A stretch of 64,000 nt of DNA, from contig CM022669.1 of the NCBI GenBank assembly GCA_012295275.1, forward strand, positions 1,922,001-1,986,000, in the 5' to 3' direction. This stretch comes from Chrysomallon squamiferum. Taxonomy: Eukaryota; Animalia; Mollusca. The translations under genes were made by a program, and so were the position numbers. The notes beneath the pieces are model-generated. The model ran no database searches and was not told the origin of the DNA. It saw only the letters and a program-made list of their open reading frames with translations. Of the stretch, positions 27,002-42,314 are shown one piece after another (the first letter of the stretch is position 1; every line of letters begins with the position of its first letter).

Positions 27002-30000
27002 GTAAATATATTTTTCTTTATATTGCACAAAAAACAGAAAAAACCCAGAAGACATACAAATTTACAGGAAGATACACATTTTTATGATGTTTGGCTTTAA
27101 TACTGATAATGTGAATAGATTTTATTAAATTTGTTACATAATCAAGCAAAACAACAACTACAACATTAATAATAAGAATAATAAAAAAATAAAAAAAGTA
27201 AAGTATAAAACAAATAAATAAAAACCTTTCTAAAATGAACATACCCTTAAAAAAATTACTGAGAAAATAGCATCCTGTCACAGTCTACTATGTTTTATGG
27301 ATAATTATTTCAATTTTTTGGTGTATGGAAGGAAATTAGATCTTTTATAAAATTAATTATAAAGTTATAAAACATCTGTTACATCATAATATCACTTTAG
27401 AAATATTCTTCTTTGACTTTTTCTTTCATACAATTCTAAATTTATTAAACATTAATCTCCTTCATACTCCTTGAGGTGTTTAATATAACATATTACTACT
27501 TTAGGCCTATATAAACCATAGAAATAATTTTGCATTAACCAAAATCTTTTTTAAATAACAAATATTTCATTAAGTTAAAATTATGGTAATAAAAAAAATA
27601 TTATAATGGATATGAAAGTGGCTGAATCACAAAGGGTTAGTCAATATTTTTTTGATTAAACAAATTTATATTTGCAAAGAACTTTAAATCCTTATAAACT
27701 GTATTTAACTTTAAAATTTAATAAAATTTTTAGTGTTATTTAATTGATCTACTCCCATTCTGTTCTGACATTAATCATACCCATCTCCTTCAAATATCGT
27801 GAAATTACAGATTTATCCTGAATCATTATATTTTTTGTTTTTAATTTTTTAACTTTGTTTTAATGTTTGTTTTTAACAAATCATAGGGTCATTCCGTGTC
27901 AAATCACCCAAAAAAAAAAAGAAATTTAAACCCGACCGTCTCAGATTTTTATAAGCTGTACTCTTAACATTAAAATAAATTAATTTAAAATCAATAACTT
28001 TAATATGGGGTCATTCCGTGGTTTAATATTTTTTGTTTAGCCACAATATAGATTTAAAAAATGCACATACATGAAAATAACACCTTTTCAGCCATTAACA
28101 TCTGATTAACTAAAACCTGAATGATCAATTCTGGATGCTAGGAATCACCATCTCTCTTGATCATCGAGTAAGACATTGTAGGCCTACATGTATGCATAAA
28201 GTTCACATATAAAAGTTTCCTGGGTATAATATTTTTTGTTTAGCCATAATAGAGATTTAAATAAATGCATACCTGCATGGATGATTGATACAGTGCATTA
28301 CAATGTACATTTTCTCTGAGACTAAAAACTCATCTTTGGAGTTAAAACCCACCTGACATGTCTGAAGGAATGCCTGAAGGATATGAAAAGATGCCAAATG
28401 GCATGACATGTTCTACACAATCAGGCTGAAAGGGTTAACAGGAAGTGATGCTTCAGGCAGGTCAGGAACTCCTTTAGATTCCCTGGTGCAATCCCCATTG
28501 AGCACATGGCAATTAGAAGTTTAAGACAAAGAAGTTTCTTCATCTGCATTTTTTTGACAATCTGAAGCTTTTTAGGTTGGACACAGTGTCAGATGTTGAT
28601 ATATAAACAATATTTTTATTTCATAAAACCTATTAAGTAATTTTATCATGTCATGTGGGCCTTGCCATTGGTTTTGAACAAGGTTTCAGTCAACAACCTT
28701 ACAACCCAGTCTGAAATCAGACGTCATCAAGTGATGTACTGCATAATGTATTTGTACACCCAGTCTTTGGCACAGAGTATGAACAAGGTCTACTTCACCT
28801 TAATAAACTGTGATTTATACTTGAGAAGATTGACATAAATGCCCAAGACTTGTGGGCCTTTGGCAATAACACATGTACTCTGCTGCCATTTTATGACCTG
28901 CTTAACTTTACTGAAAGGGTTTCAGGATTTGATTTAATATTTAGGAAAGCACTGACTTTGTTCTATTGAATTGAAGGTGCAGGCCAATACTGAAAATCCT
29001 TATTTCTTCCAGGGCTAACTGCAGCTTTAACTCTCCTGAAAATGTGTGTTATCAACACCATCATATCAAAAAGGAGTTGTTGCGAAGTGTATGGAAAACT
29101 GAGGAAGTCGAACTCCTCACTCTTTGAAGTGGGATCGAAACACGGGACATCAAGAGTATCATGAACAAGAAATTTTCATCAAATTTTCAACATTGCAGAA
29201 AAAACTGTTGTGATCCCCTTAATCGCCACCCTGAGCAAGCACGCACTAGATCTTTAAGAATTGTTAGCGTGGGCACTTACAAATGCTTAGTAAATCCTCC
29301 AAAGACACTAGTGCCAGGAGACAAGTTGTGATGTGACTGTCTGATTACCCTTCAGAAATCAAAGGTCCTGCAGAAGATGGCTTTTAGTATGGGTGGTATT
29401 ACAATGGGAGAATTTGGTGATAACTTGCCAGACAAACCGCTGGTTGTTGTTTCCCCAGAAAAGGAGTTTGATTTGAATTCTATTCTGTCGAGTTTAGGTG
29501 AAACTCCTGTCAAATTTCATTCTCTAGCACATTCCAGTAAATGAATGAAAGGACAGAAAAAAACTAGCATCAGCTACAGTAACATTAAAATGACATCTTA
29601 ATGTCTGAATCCTACCCAGAGCGTGTGCAAATCTTGATTTTGTCACCCTTTACCATTGAAAGGACAATGAATTGAAGGAGGAAATAATCCAATTTTATGA
29701 AAGTGATGAGAACAGTAGAATGTGTCTGGGAATGAAGGATACAGTGAGCATTTGAAACAAACATAGTGAGAAGGTTAAGCATCAGAAACACCTAGTTCTG
29801 TCAAATTTATGTGAACTTTATGCATACATGTAGGCCTACAATGTCTTACTCGATGATCAAGAAAGAAGGTGATCCCTAGCATCCAGAATTGATCATTCAG
29901 GTTTTAGTTAATCAGATGTTAATGGCTGAAAAGGTGTTATTTTCATGTATGTGCATTTTTAAAATCTATATTGTGGCTAAACAAAAAATATTACACCCAG

Positions 30001-33000
30001 GAAACTTTTATATGTTTTAGTTAACATGTGGGAGATTAAATTTCAATAAAGGTCATCTCAAGATCATGTGGTCACACCCATTTTTGGCAAAAATCTCAAA
30101 ATTCGGTGGGCTGTATGTCCCACACCACTGGTCTGATTGAGCTAAAATTTCAGATTTGGTGCTGTGGGATCCTAGTCAACAAGTATACCAAGTTTCATAA
30201 AAATCTGAGAGGGTTGGGTTTAAACCATTGGGTGATTTGACACAGAATGACCCCATATTAAAATTATTGATTTTAAATTAATTTATTTTAATGTTAAGAG
30301 TACAGCTTATCCATCAATAGCCAATGACATAGAGTCTAAATGACAGTAATACTATTTACATTATTATAAGTAAATTAGAAGATTTTTTGAATGACATAAG
30401 GTCAGTATATACTTTTAAAAAAAAAATGTATCTTGTATTTATTTGCTTTTTTTTAATTATTATTATTAATATAGGTTTGGGTAGTAGTGGCAACAATCCA
30501 TACAAAAGTGGAAGTTTTAAAGAAACATAATTTCAAAATTGAAATATTTTAATTACACCTAAAATTATTTTAATACATGGTAATGTTATTTATTTTATTT
30601 TATATTATTTTATTTTATTTTATTTTATTTTTTAAATACATTTCCAAGATTGTTATTTCATTTCATATTAATACAATCCTACATAGAATTGATAATGATG
30701 TCATGGATATTTAATCATGAAATATGTCTGATAATATCATATTACACTTTCTATTTGTTCATGTCAACATTCAATTACTTGATCAATATCTCTTCTCCAT
30801 TTGTTTAAACATATACATGCTCTTGATAAAGGTGTTTGTTGTGACATTATATCTAAGAGACCACAGTAGACAAATATTAAAATCTATTTCAATTTTCTTG
30901 TTATAGATTGATGGTCAAATTTATTGATGACATCAATTACATAGTAAATGATTAGCCAAGCTGTGCTTTTAAAAGAGAAATGTTTCTAATTACTAATTTC
31001 AGCAGTTGCTTTATAAAAAGGAAATACGTATTTGTGTTGTATTTTAGATAAGCACCATCTGCATTCAAGAACACTTCTTACAAAAGAGATCAGTCTAATA
31101 CTATTGAATTAAGATAATCTTTGCAACTGATCTATATGTAGATGGGTTTGGACTTGTAATGAAGAATCTATTTTTTATGTATCTCCGAGTGTGTGTGTTT
31201 GTGTGTGTGTGTATGTGTGTGTGTGTTAAGACTAGAATGAAATGCTAGATGAACAGTAGGCATCTTCAAAATTATAATACTCATAATGTGAAATTTAGGC
31301 TATTTGATTTCTGTAACTTAATCATTGTATTAGTCAAAACAAATAAAAAAGAATAATAATAAAAACTAACTAATCATTACCGTCATCATAAATAAACAAA
31401 TAAAATAATAAAATAAATAAATAAAATTAAAACAATTTATTCTTTTTGATTAATTTTTAACATAAATAAGAAAACAACATAAAAAAAGAAATGATCTTTT
31501 TAATTTATAGAGGTCTAGTATGTGAATAATTAAATAGAGTGAACCACCTAACCTGTAATAATTCTTTATCAATATAGGTAATAAATTAGATGAATTGTTA
31601 TTAAACTGAAGATGAGAATAACATTTAAATCTACAAGACATACAGATTTTTTTTTTGTTCTTGTAGATACAGACTTCTGAAAATGTGTATGTTGCTGGTT
31701 TCCATTTAATTCATGATATATAATGTCATTTACTTTTCCCCATTTAATTCCATCTAACATCAGTTTCTCAACACATTTATTTCTTTTGTCAATTTGGTTT
31801 AGTTCAATACAAGCTTATGGTAAATTACTAAATGGAAAAACTAATTGGACATACAGCTAGGCTTTGTCTGGGATTTTAAAATAAATCTGAAAATAGAAGT
31901 GATTGAGAAATTGAATGATCATTGTTTAATAATATATATTGTATTAAAATTTAGTTTGAAAAAACAAATTATTAGCTGATTAAGTGTCAAAATTATTTAT
32001 AACAATAAAATAAATAAATAATAAATAAATATTTATATAATATATTATTTCGATGGGTAGAAAAAAGAATACCCCTACATTCAAATTTTTTTTATCGTTG
32101 TTGGTTAGAAATATTTATGAAAATGTCACATTTATTTACTTAATAGTGTTGCAAAGTTATCTCTTGTTATTTTAGAAATTAGTTTTAATTGTGACCCATG
32201 GAATAAGGGGGAATTTTTTTTTAAAAAGAATAAATAATTTATATAATTTGGAGTAAGAATAACTTTAATAAAATATTCTTTGGCTGTATCTCCCTTGAAA
32301 CTCACTATAACTGTTTTATTTAATTCTGGTTCCTCCCTTAATCTTTTATCTACTGCTTTGATAGGTACTTCTTTAACTTATGTTTTTGTTATTATTATTT
32401 TTTTTTTTTCAGTTATTATGCTGCTTTTGAGAACTAGTAACATTTTTTAACTTTTCTGAATTATTCCAAAGTTTTTTTCTGTGGATTTTATTGTTGAATT
32501 ATTATTATTATAATACAACAAATAATAATAATAAGGCTAATAATAAATCTTTTTTTTCTTCTTTAGATTACTAATAGACGATGTAGTCAACCTATTTTGC
32601 ATTCAGGTAGTCGATACCGTCAAGGAGTTCTTCAGCTGATGATCAGCACATTAGATCCACTTGGAGAGGGTAAGTTGACAGCATAACACTTTTGAACAAT
32701 CTCATATCAAGAGTATTTAATCAAGAACATCACTGATACTGATTCATACTCTGAAAGTACTAGAAATGTTAGAAGGCTTCTTAATACAGAATCTTTGTCT
32801 CAATAAAGTTTAATCTAGAATCCATCTTCATATGGATAGAATCATGTTTCATATGCTAGAAAATTTTATTATTAAGATTTGGATACAGATATCAAATATT
32901 ATTATATTATACAGAATTTCTGAAATAGCAACATGTGAACATAGTTGCCTGGGTGAGATAAATCATTTTTCAGAATTTATTATTATTATTATTTTTTTAT

Positions 33001-34668
33001 TTTTTTTATTTTTTTTATTTCAGGGTGTTTTTTTTTTTTTTTTTTTTTTTTTTTATAGAGTCAGTTTAAATAATCATAAATTTTTATTTATTTATTATTA
33101 ATTTTTTTTTTTTTTTTTGTTGAAAAAGCTCTCTATTTCTAAATCACCAAAATTTTCTTTTCAACAGATTTGAATTATTGCTATTTTCATGTCATATGTA
33201 ACTTTGGCTATTTTCTGAGTACTGAAATGACATAGTCAGCTTATTAAATATTCTTGAATATGTAATGAAAACTACACAAGCAAATAAATTGTTTTTATTG
33301 ATTTTCATAAATCACATGAATTTGATGTTTCAGATATCAGTACTTCAATTACGATTTGCCTGAAGAAACCACATGCATGTTTTTTAACACTCCAGAAATC
33401 TCTAATATGTTTACATTGTTGCAGAACATATTGGAAATAATCTCAACAGTTATAAGTTAATTATTGTTAATTCCCTATTTGTTTATGTTTATATATACCT
33501 TTGCAAAGCCACATATAGTTCATAGAAATTTATGAATTGTCAAAATTTATATTAAAACATTCATTACTATTAACAATCATATTTCAAGGCAGTTAGTATG
33601 TATTTAATGATAAATATTTTCATACATAAATGTTTTTCAATACCATTTGCCTTACAACAACAACAACAATAATAATAACAACAAAAATAAATAAACAAAT
33701 AATCTTTAGAATATATTTTAGATGGATTATATCCCATTCATATTTAACAATTTTAAATCATTGTTTGTGCCTATAATTTGTTTTATACTTTTTCAGATTT
33801 CTTAATTTCAGATGCACTGTTTTCATTTTGTTTGTTGGTTCTATTCTACAGTTTCAGTATTTTTGAAGATAGTGGTTATAGTTAAATATATATATATATA
33901 TTATTAAAGATAAAAACAGAAGTGTAAATACATACATACAAAGATACCTACAAATACACACATGCACATACATTCATACATTAAAGCCCAATTATGCTGT
34001 ATGAAAATTTGTTATTTCTAATCAATAACATGTACTTTCATGTGAATAACAAGTAGCCATTCTGTTTTTGGATGTAAAGTCGTGATGAGAACAATGTCAG
34101 TGGGATTTCTTTGTTATCTTTAATTCAGATCTCAGAAAAATTACAGGAAATCTTTTTGTATTTATGTTAATGACTGTTTGATTTCCATTCAGCTGCTTCT
34201 ATTTCTCTTTAATAACTTTACATTTTCAGTTAATGCCTTTCTGTTCTTCAGAGAAGACTTTCCAGAGATCTTAGATATAGTCAGTTTGTTTTCTGTCATT
34301 TTTCTCATATCAGAAAGAATTTTTTTTATCCTAACAATAACTATTTCAATTTGTCAAATGCATCAACAGTGAACAAAATAAAATAAAATAAAATAAAATA
34401 AATGATTAAAGATGACTTTTCTCAGATGAAAAATACTTTTTGCCAAATAGAAATTATAAATATATATTTTTATAAAATAAATTTGTAAGTTATGTTAAAT
34501 CCTTAGTTAAGAAAAAACTTTTCCCCCTCAAATGTTGCTGAATAATTTATATACATATCTTTCTATCTACTATTTAATGAAAATATTTTTATTTTTATTT
34601 TAATCAAGGATAAGAATATAACAGAAGTCATCATATTTGAAGGGAATAGAATGTATGGTAATGACAGT

Positions 34669-34718
<50 letters not shown>

Positions 34719-37700
34719 TATATATAAATAAATAAATAAATAAATAAAAATTGCAAAGAAATTGAATACACAAGATTATAGTCAAGATATTTAATAATAG
34801 GTCATTTATTACTTGAAAACACTTGCAGGAACAGAAAACTAAAACACTGATTTTTGTGTCTGTTCAGGTTATCACTAAACTGGTAGTTATGTTCTAATTC
34901 CATTTCTATTATTATATGTTTAGCATTCAGTGATGCAAAAATAGTTTAAAATATATATGTTATATATCATTAAAAAAAACCTATCCATCTTAAATAATTC
35001 ATTTAATAATGATGTAAAATAGAAAAAACAAAAATGAAATTGTGTTCCTTTCATCTATTGTCCAGTTTAATTACTACTGTGGGTTTCATTGTTTTGTTGT
35101 TTTTAAAAAAAAAAATTTTGGTAACTAATATTTATTTTTTTCATAATAATATTACAATATTTATGTAATTTTTATCATAAAAATGGCACCAGATTACAAA
35201 TATCAATTTTTTTTTTTTTTTTTTTTTACAACTAATCAATTTCAGATTGAATGAGTACTTTTTTACCTTTGTATATTAAATTTGTCTTAGGTGAAAAGTG
35301 ATCTCAACATAAAAGGAAAAATATAATGTCTGTTCAATATTTTTAAATGAGTCAAGTACAGTTGTCACTTTGATATAATGTGACAACAGTTCTTTTAAAG
35401 AAGGATTATTTTAACAAGTTCAGCAACTCTGGGGGTCTAAATTCACAAAAATGATTGAAAGCCTGGGCTCTGTTTTTGGTATTTCTGCCACTAGCAATAT
35501 AATCCATAATATAATAGGCAGGAGTGGAAGTAGAGCCATGAGCTTCTACTAGTCATCATTTGCTATCTCTTCTGCAGGAAGAGCATCAGAAATAATAAAA
35601 ATTAGTGTTTGTAAACAGTATTAATAAGCATTGATATATTATGTTTTATCTGCTAGTTTACCTCTGCAGTGGTATATTCCTACATTTTTGGCTAATGATT
35701 GAGTTAGCTGCATTGTTACTGGGAGTTCAGTTTTTATTACAAGATGATAATGCAATGTATCAGTGGCAGTGAAATATGTTTGGTAAAGAGGACATATAAG
35801 AGGAGTATTACATCCCTTTGAAAAAAACAACAAAAAAAACAACACCACAAACAAATACATTCATCAAATTTTATTTTTTTGAAATAAGATAAGCTGCTTC
35901 AATCAGACAGAAAATATTTGATAAATAAAGCAGTTAGTTATCTGATAAATAGTAAATTTTTGTAATTTTGTTGCTTTTTTTTTTTTATGTACATAAAGTG
36001 CAAGACTATAGATAATTTTTCTCTTTGAATTTTTACAGAATACAATTCACTGAAAATGAAAAAACAGTCTTCTCAATTAAAGACAATTTGTGAATCAGAA
36101 GGTTTTAAACATTTTCAAAGTATCTTAAGATATTATATATTAATTTACAATAATAGTAACAGAATTAAACTATATTATTCTTAACAATGCCTATACAGTA
36201 TATATACGTCAAAAAAGAAACTTGATATTGGTAAAAATAATGCTATCGGATTATTTTTATAGAATCAAAGACATCATAAAGACAAACAAGTAAGTGAGCA
36301 ATTGATGATGAAAAAACACTAGTCATAGTCAAAATTTGTTCTGAAATGCAAAAACATTACCTTCTGAGAAAAAATACTTCATGAAGTTCAGTGACATGCA
36401 TCTTGATCTTTGATTGCTTGTATCATGTTTTCCAGCTTTTTAAATAAAACTTTGATAAACAATGTCAAGTTTATTTTTTTGAAGATTATATCTGAGGATT
36501 AAATCTGAGGATATATATACTTTAATAATAATTAAAACACACACATACACAGACATAGGCAAACACACATACATGCACCTGCACACTCATGCCCACACAC
36601 ATTCACACATATTACAAATCAGTACCAAAATGATATCTAATATTTTCTCACATCTACATATTAAAACAAAATATGCATGAAAATAAATGAAATCTTGAGT
36701 TGAAAGAATTATATATAGATTTGTTATGATAAAATAAAAAATTCATTAATGATGCTTCTTAATTATTACAGTTTAAAATCATTGACAGAGATAATTGAAT
36801 TATTAAAAAAATCTACAATTGCTGATCCTGGTATTTTAGTTATTCTAGAATCTAAAATTGACAGTGATGATACTTCAGTTATTCTACCTTATTAAAGAGT
36901 CTAAACACCAATAAGAGTAATACTTTATTAGAGAATTCAAAATCATGGACCTTCACATTTCAATTATTCAAAACTATTAATTTAATTGTTGAACAGCAAA
37001 ACTTCTCTGACAGTGATACTTGAATTGTTTACAAATTTACACATACACACACAAAGAAAAAACAAACAACTGATTTGGCTTTTTAGATAAGAATTAATTC
37101 ATATTCACAAAGCATTAATTTTTTTTGTTTTGCATTTATGACTTCTGACCAACATAATATGAAAGTTAATGCTTTTGTTATTATAGGTTTAATTATATTT
37201 AAAGAAACATTTAGTTTTCAAATTTCCACCAGTGATATTTGCTCATTACAGAAACTGAAACAAGTACAAAAGAAAGTTCAGAAGGTATGACTACATCTTT
37301 TAAAATTATTATTGCTATATAAGTTTATATAAATAAACAATTAAATCTTAATATGTTAATCATTGGTTACTTAAGCTGTAATGTAGAGGTGTTAAAAATG
37401 TATTAGAAATACAACCTGACAAATAATTATAACAGTCTTGACAAATAAGGTGCTGTTCCAGAAAATAACAGACTTTTTTACACTTTCATTTTGTAATCCA
37501 TAGTGATTGAGAATAATTAAACAATTAATAGCAGAAAAACTTTATGAATATTTTTAGGCTCAGTTTGTTGATCCACCTTTGTTGCACTATTTTGAGAATG
37601 TCACACTTAACTGCATCACTTCAGAATATGTTGCACATTTGTACTTAACAAAAGTAATGATCACTTCAGAATATGAGAGACGCTGCTGGCAATAATGTAA

Positions 37701-37887
37701 TTCAGTATTTTGAGTTTTTGAGAGGATTAGCAAATGCAATGATCTGACTGCAAATTTTTAATGATTTGTTATTTACTTGATCTATATGTACTTATGAAAG
37801 TGGAAATCAATAGCTGCATATGTATATTCTGCTTTTTAATTGAAGACTGTGCACTGAAAATATTTTCTTTTTCTTTTTCAAGCCTAC

Positions 37888-37918
<31 letters not shown>

Positions 37919-40900
37919 TAAGTAGTTTTAAGTTTCAGCAGCTCCAACTAATAGGTTGTTAATTAAAAATTGAAAGCTACTAAATAATACAAGAACCTTA
38001 TTATATTTTTGTTTATAAATATTACCACAAGGCATTAATAGATTCAGTAGCTTTGATCACATGGAAATTCTAGAAAATAATGTTTAATATAAAAACAACT
38101 TTTCATACATAAATGCCAATGTGTGACCACTCATTGAAATGATGAATGTTTTAAGCAGATTAGTACCTGTTAAAATATAAACAAATAAAGAAGTTTTTTT
38201 TAAAAAAGAAAATAAAATAAATAAAAGTAGAAGAAGAAAAGTGAATTTAATAACTATTTGTCATTATTTATATGTATTAAAAGATCTCTAATATCAGTGC
38301 TGATCAGTATTTAGCTAAAAAATATCTTCAGTGCTAATCATATTTAAAGATCCTATGATATCACTGTTCATCATTATTTATATTAAACTGTCTCTATTGT
38401 TTAGATTAAAGTAACTGTTCTTTTTTAGTGATATCAGTAACTTCAATAGTAGTTTGGTAAATATTTTATAATATTGAAATACATGAACTTTATTAAAAAA
38501 CATATTACAGAAAAAAAATTAACTAAACAAAAATCATCTGCCGGAAGCCATAGTAAGAACATTTCAGAAACAAGATCTTTAGGTAATGTGTATTGTTGAT
38601 GTATTTGTAAGTTTGAATATTTTTTATATGTTAATTTTGTTTTGCAATTATGTTTTAATTATAAAATTTCAATTAATCAGTGTTATTAACATTAAAAACT
38701 AATTACTTCTTTATTTTATATATGTGTGTGTGTGTGTGTCTGTGTGTGTGTGTTATTTTAAATGTAGTTTGTATTTTTATTCATAATTTCAGTTAGTCTT
38801 CATTACTAACTTAGAAAAAATGTGTTAAAATGAATACAAACTTGTCAGAAACGTGAACCTTACTATTTCTTAGTCTGTCATAAATGTTTGTGTTTTCAGA
38901 TTAAGCTGCTAGATTCTATGAAATTTATAACCTAGGACTCTAACGATTGGATTTTATGTGACAACTAGAAATATTAATAATTAAGTATTTTTTCAGTGTC
39001 AAAATAAGTTAGTGCTCATAACTAAATATGTCCAGGAAAAAACATAGTATGTATATTTTCAAAAAATATTTCAAGATTCTAATCAAAGATTATTTTACAA
39101 AAACCATTATGATATTACTCTTAATTTAATATTCTTCATTTAAAAGATGTTGGAAAGCCCTATAAAACATATTTTTAATTGAATTATTTAGATATTTCAG
39201 TTTTTGAAATGGTTATTCTTATGTGTGATACTGCTAATAAATTAATAATAATAATAATAATAATAATATAATAATAATGATCAAAATAATAAATTAATTA
39301 TTTTTATATCAAAATATAAGATAAAGTTAGAAAATCCTTTTATAAAAAAAAATATAAATTAAAAATTAAACATATGATATATATATATATATATTTATTA
39401 TTATTATTTTTTTCATTATCAAAGTTGTTTCATTATCAATAAAAAAGAAGTTTTTTCTTATTTTGTTTTATGTACTAAAAGGATGTTTATATATGTTTGT
39501 TTAAACTCTTTTGTGCATATGTATAAATCACACATTTCAAATCAGTACCAACATGAAATCTAATATTATCTCACATCTACATATTAAAACAAAACATGCA
39601 TGAAAATAAATGAAACTTTGAGTTGAAAGAATTATATATAGATTTGTTATGATAAAATAAAAAATTCATTAATGATGCTTCTTAATTATTACAGTTTAAG
39701 ATCATTGACAGAGATAATTGAATTATTAAAAAAATCTACAATTGCTGATCCTGGTATTTTAGTTATTCTAGAATCTAAAATTGACAGTGGTGATACTTCA
39801 ATTATTCTACCTTATTAAAGAGTCTAAACACCAATAAGAGTAATACTTTATTAGAGAATTCAAAATCATGGACCTTCACATTTCAATTATTCAAAACTAT
39901 TAATTTAATTGTTGAACAGCAAAACTTCTCTGACAGTGATACTTAAATTGTTTACAAATTTACACATACACACACAAAGAAAAAACAAACAACTGATTTG
40001 GCTTTTTAGATAAGAATTAATTCATATTCATAAAGCATTAAATTTTTCCTTTTTGCACTTATGACTTCTGACCAACAAAATATAAAAGTTAATGCTTTTG
40101 TTATTATAGGTTTAAATATATTTAAAGAAAATTTTGTTTTCAAATTTCCATCAGTGATATTTGCTCATTACAGAAACTGAAACAAGTACAAAAGAAAGTT
40201 CAGAAGGTATGACTACATCTTTTAAAATTATTATTGCTTTATAAGTTTATATAAATAAACAATTAAATCTTAATATGTTAATCATTGGTTACTTAAGCTG
40301 TAATGTAAAGGTGTTAAACATTTATTAGAAATACAACCTGACAAATAATTATAACAGTCTTGACAAATAAGGTGCTGTTCCAGAAAATAACAGACTTTTT
40401 TGCACTTTTATCTTGTCGCCTATAGTGATTTAGAATAATTAAACAATTGCAGAAAATTTTATGAATATTTTCAGGCTCAGTTTGTTCATCCACCTTTGTT
40501 GCGCTTCACTTCAAAATATGTTGCACATTTGTACTTAACAAAAGTAAGAGCTCAAAAAATCATCGCCCCAGCAATAATCACTTCAGAATATGAGAGACAC
40601 TGCTGGGAGTAATGTAATTCAGTATTTTGAGTTTTTGAGATGATTAGAAAATGCAATGATCTGATTGCAAATTTTTAATGATTTGTTATCAATATATACT
40701 TAGGAAATCAACAGCTGCAAATGTATTTTCATGCTTTTTAATTTAAGACTGTGCAGTGAAAACATTTTCTTTTATCTTTTTCAAGCCTACAAAAAAAAAC
40801 ACCAAAACCCCCCAAGAAATTAAGGAGTTTTAAGTTTCACACCTCCAACTAAAAGGTTGTTAATTAAAAATTGAAAGCTACTAAATGATATAAGAACTTT

Positions 40901-41607
40901 TTTTTATTTTTGTTTATAAATATTACCACAAGGCATTAATAGATTCAGTAGCTTTGATCACATGGAAATTCTAGAAAATAATGTTTAACATAAAACAATT
41001 TTTCATACATAAATGCCAAATTTGTGACCATTCACTGAAATGATGAATTTTTCAAGCAGATTAGTACCAGTTAAAATATAAACAAATAAATTATTATTAT
41101 TTTTTTTTTAAAAGAAAAGAAAAGAAAAAAAGAAGTAGAAGAAGAAAAGTGAATTTAATCACTATTATCATTATTTAGATGTATTAAAAGATCTCTAACA
41201 TCAGTGCTGATCAGTATTTAGCTAAAATATATCTTCAGTGCTAATCATATTTAAAGATCCTATGATATCACTGTGCATCATTATTTATATTAAACTCTCT
41301 GTTATTTAGATTAAAGTAACTGTTCTTTTTTAGTGATATCAGTAACTTCAATACTAGTTTGGTAAATATTTTATAATATATGAACTTTATAAAAAAAATG
41401 ATTACAGAAAAAACATTAACACAACAAAAATCATCTGCCGGAAGCCATAGTAAGAACATTTCAGAAACAAGATCTTCAGGTAATGTGTATTGTTGGTGAA
41501 AGTTTGAATATTTTTTATATGTTAATTTCATTTTGCAATTATGTTTTAATTATAAAATTTCAATTAATCAGTGTTATTAATATTAAAAACTAATTACTTC
41601 TTTATTT

Positions 41608-41640
<33 letters not shown>

Positions 41641-42128
41641 ATGTTATTTTAAATGTAGTTTGTATTTTTATTCATAATTTCAGTTATTCTTTATTACTAA
41701 CTTAGAAAAATGTGTTAAAATGAATACAAACTTGTCAGAAACGTGAACATTACTATTTCTTAGTCTGTCATAAATGTTTGTGTTTTCAGATTAAGCTGCT
41801 AGATTCTATGAAATTTATAACCCAGGACTCTAACAATTGGATTTTATGTGACAACTAGAAATATTAATAATTAAGTATTTTTTCAGCGTCAAAATAAGTT
41901 AGTGCTCATAACTAAATATGTCCAGGAAAAAACATAGAACGTATATTTTCAAAAAATATTTCAAGATTCTAATCAAAGATTATTTTACAAAAACCATTAT
42001 GATATTACTCTTAATTTAATATTCTTCATTTAAAAGATGTTGGAACCCTATAAAACATATTTTTAATTGAATTATTTAGATATTTCAGTTTTTGAAATGG
42101 TTATTCTTATATGTGATACAGCTAATAA

Positions 42129-42168
<40 letters not shown>

Positions 42169-42277
42169 GTAATAATAATAATGATCAAAATAATAAATTA
42201 ATTATTTTTATATTAAAATATAAGATAAAATTAGAAAATCTTTTATAAAAGAAAAAATAAATAAAAAATTAAACATG

Positions 42278-42314
<37 letters not shown>

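Noticed and set aside
27002-27100. C-terminal 32 aa of the 295-aa ORF
   Set aside because: Read-through past the donor at 27002 into the intron; homology resumes at 32567.
31049-31100. Possible NCKX exon after gtattttag ([16 protein letters not shown])
   Set aside because: In-frame stop, no convincing donor and no NCKX similarity.
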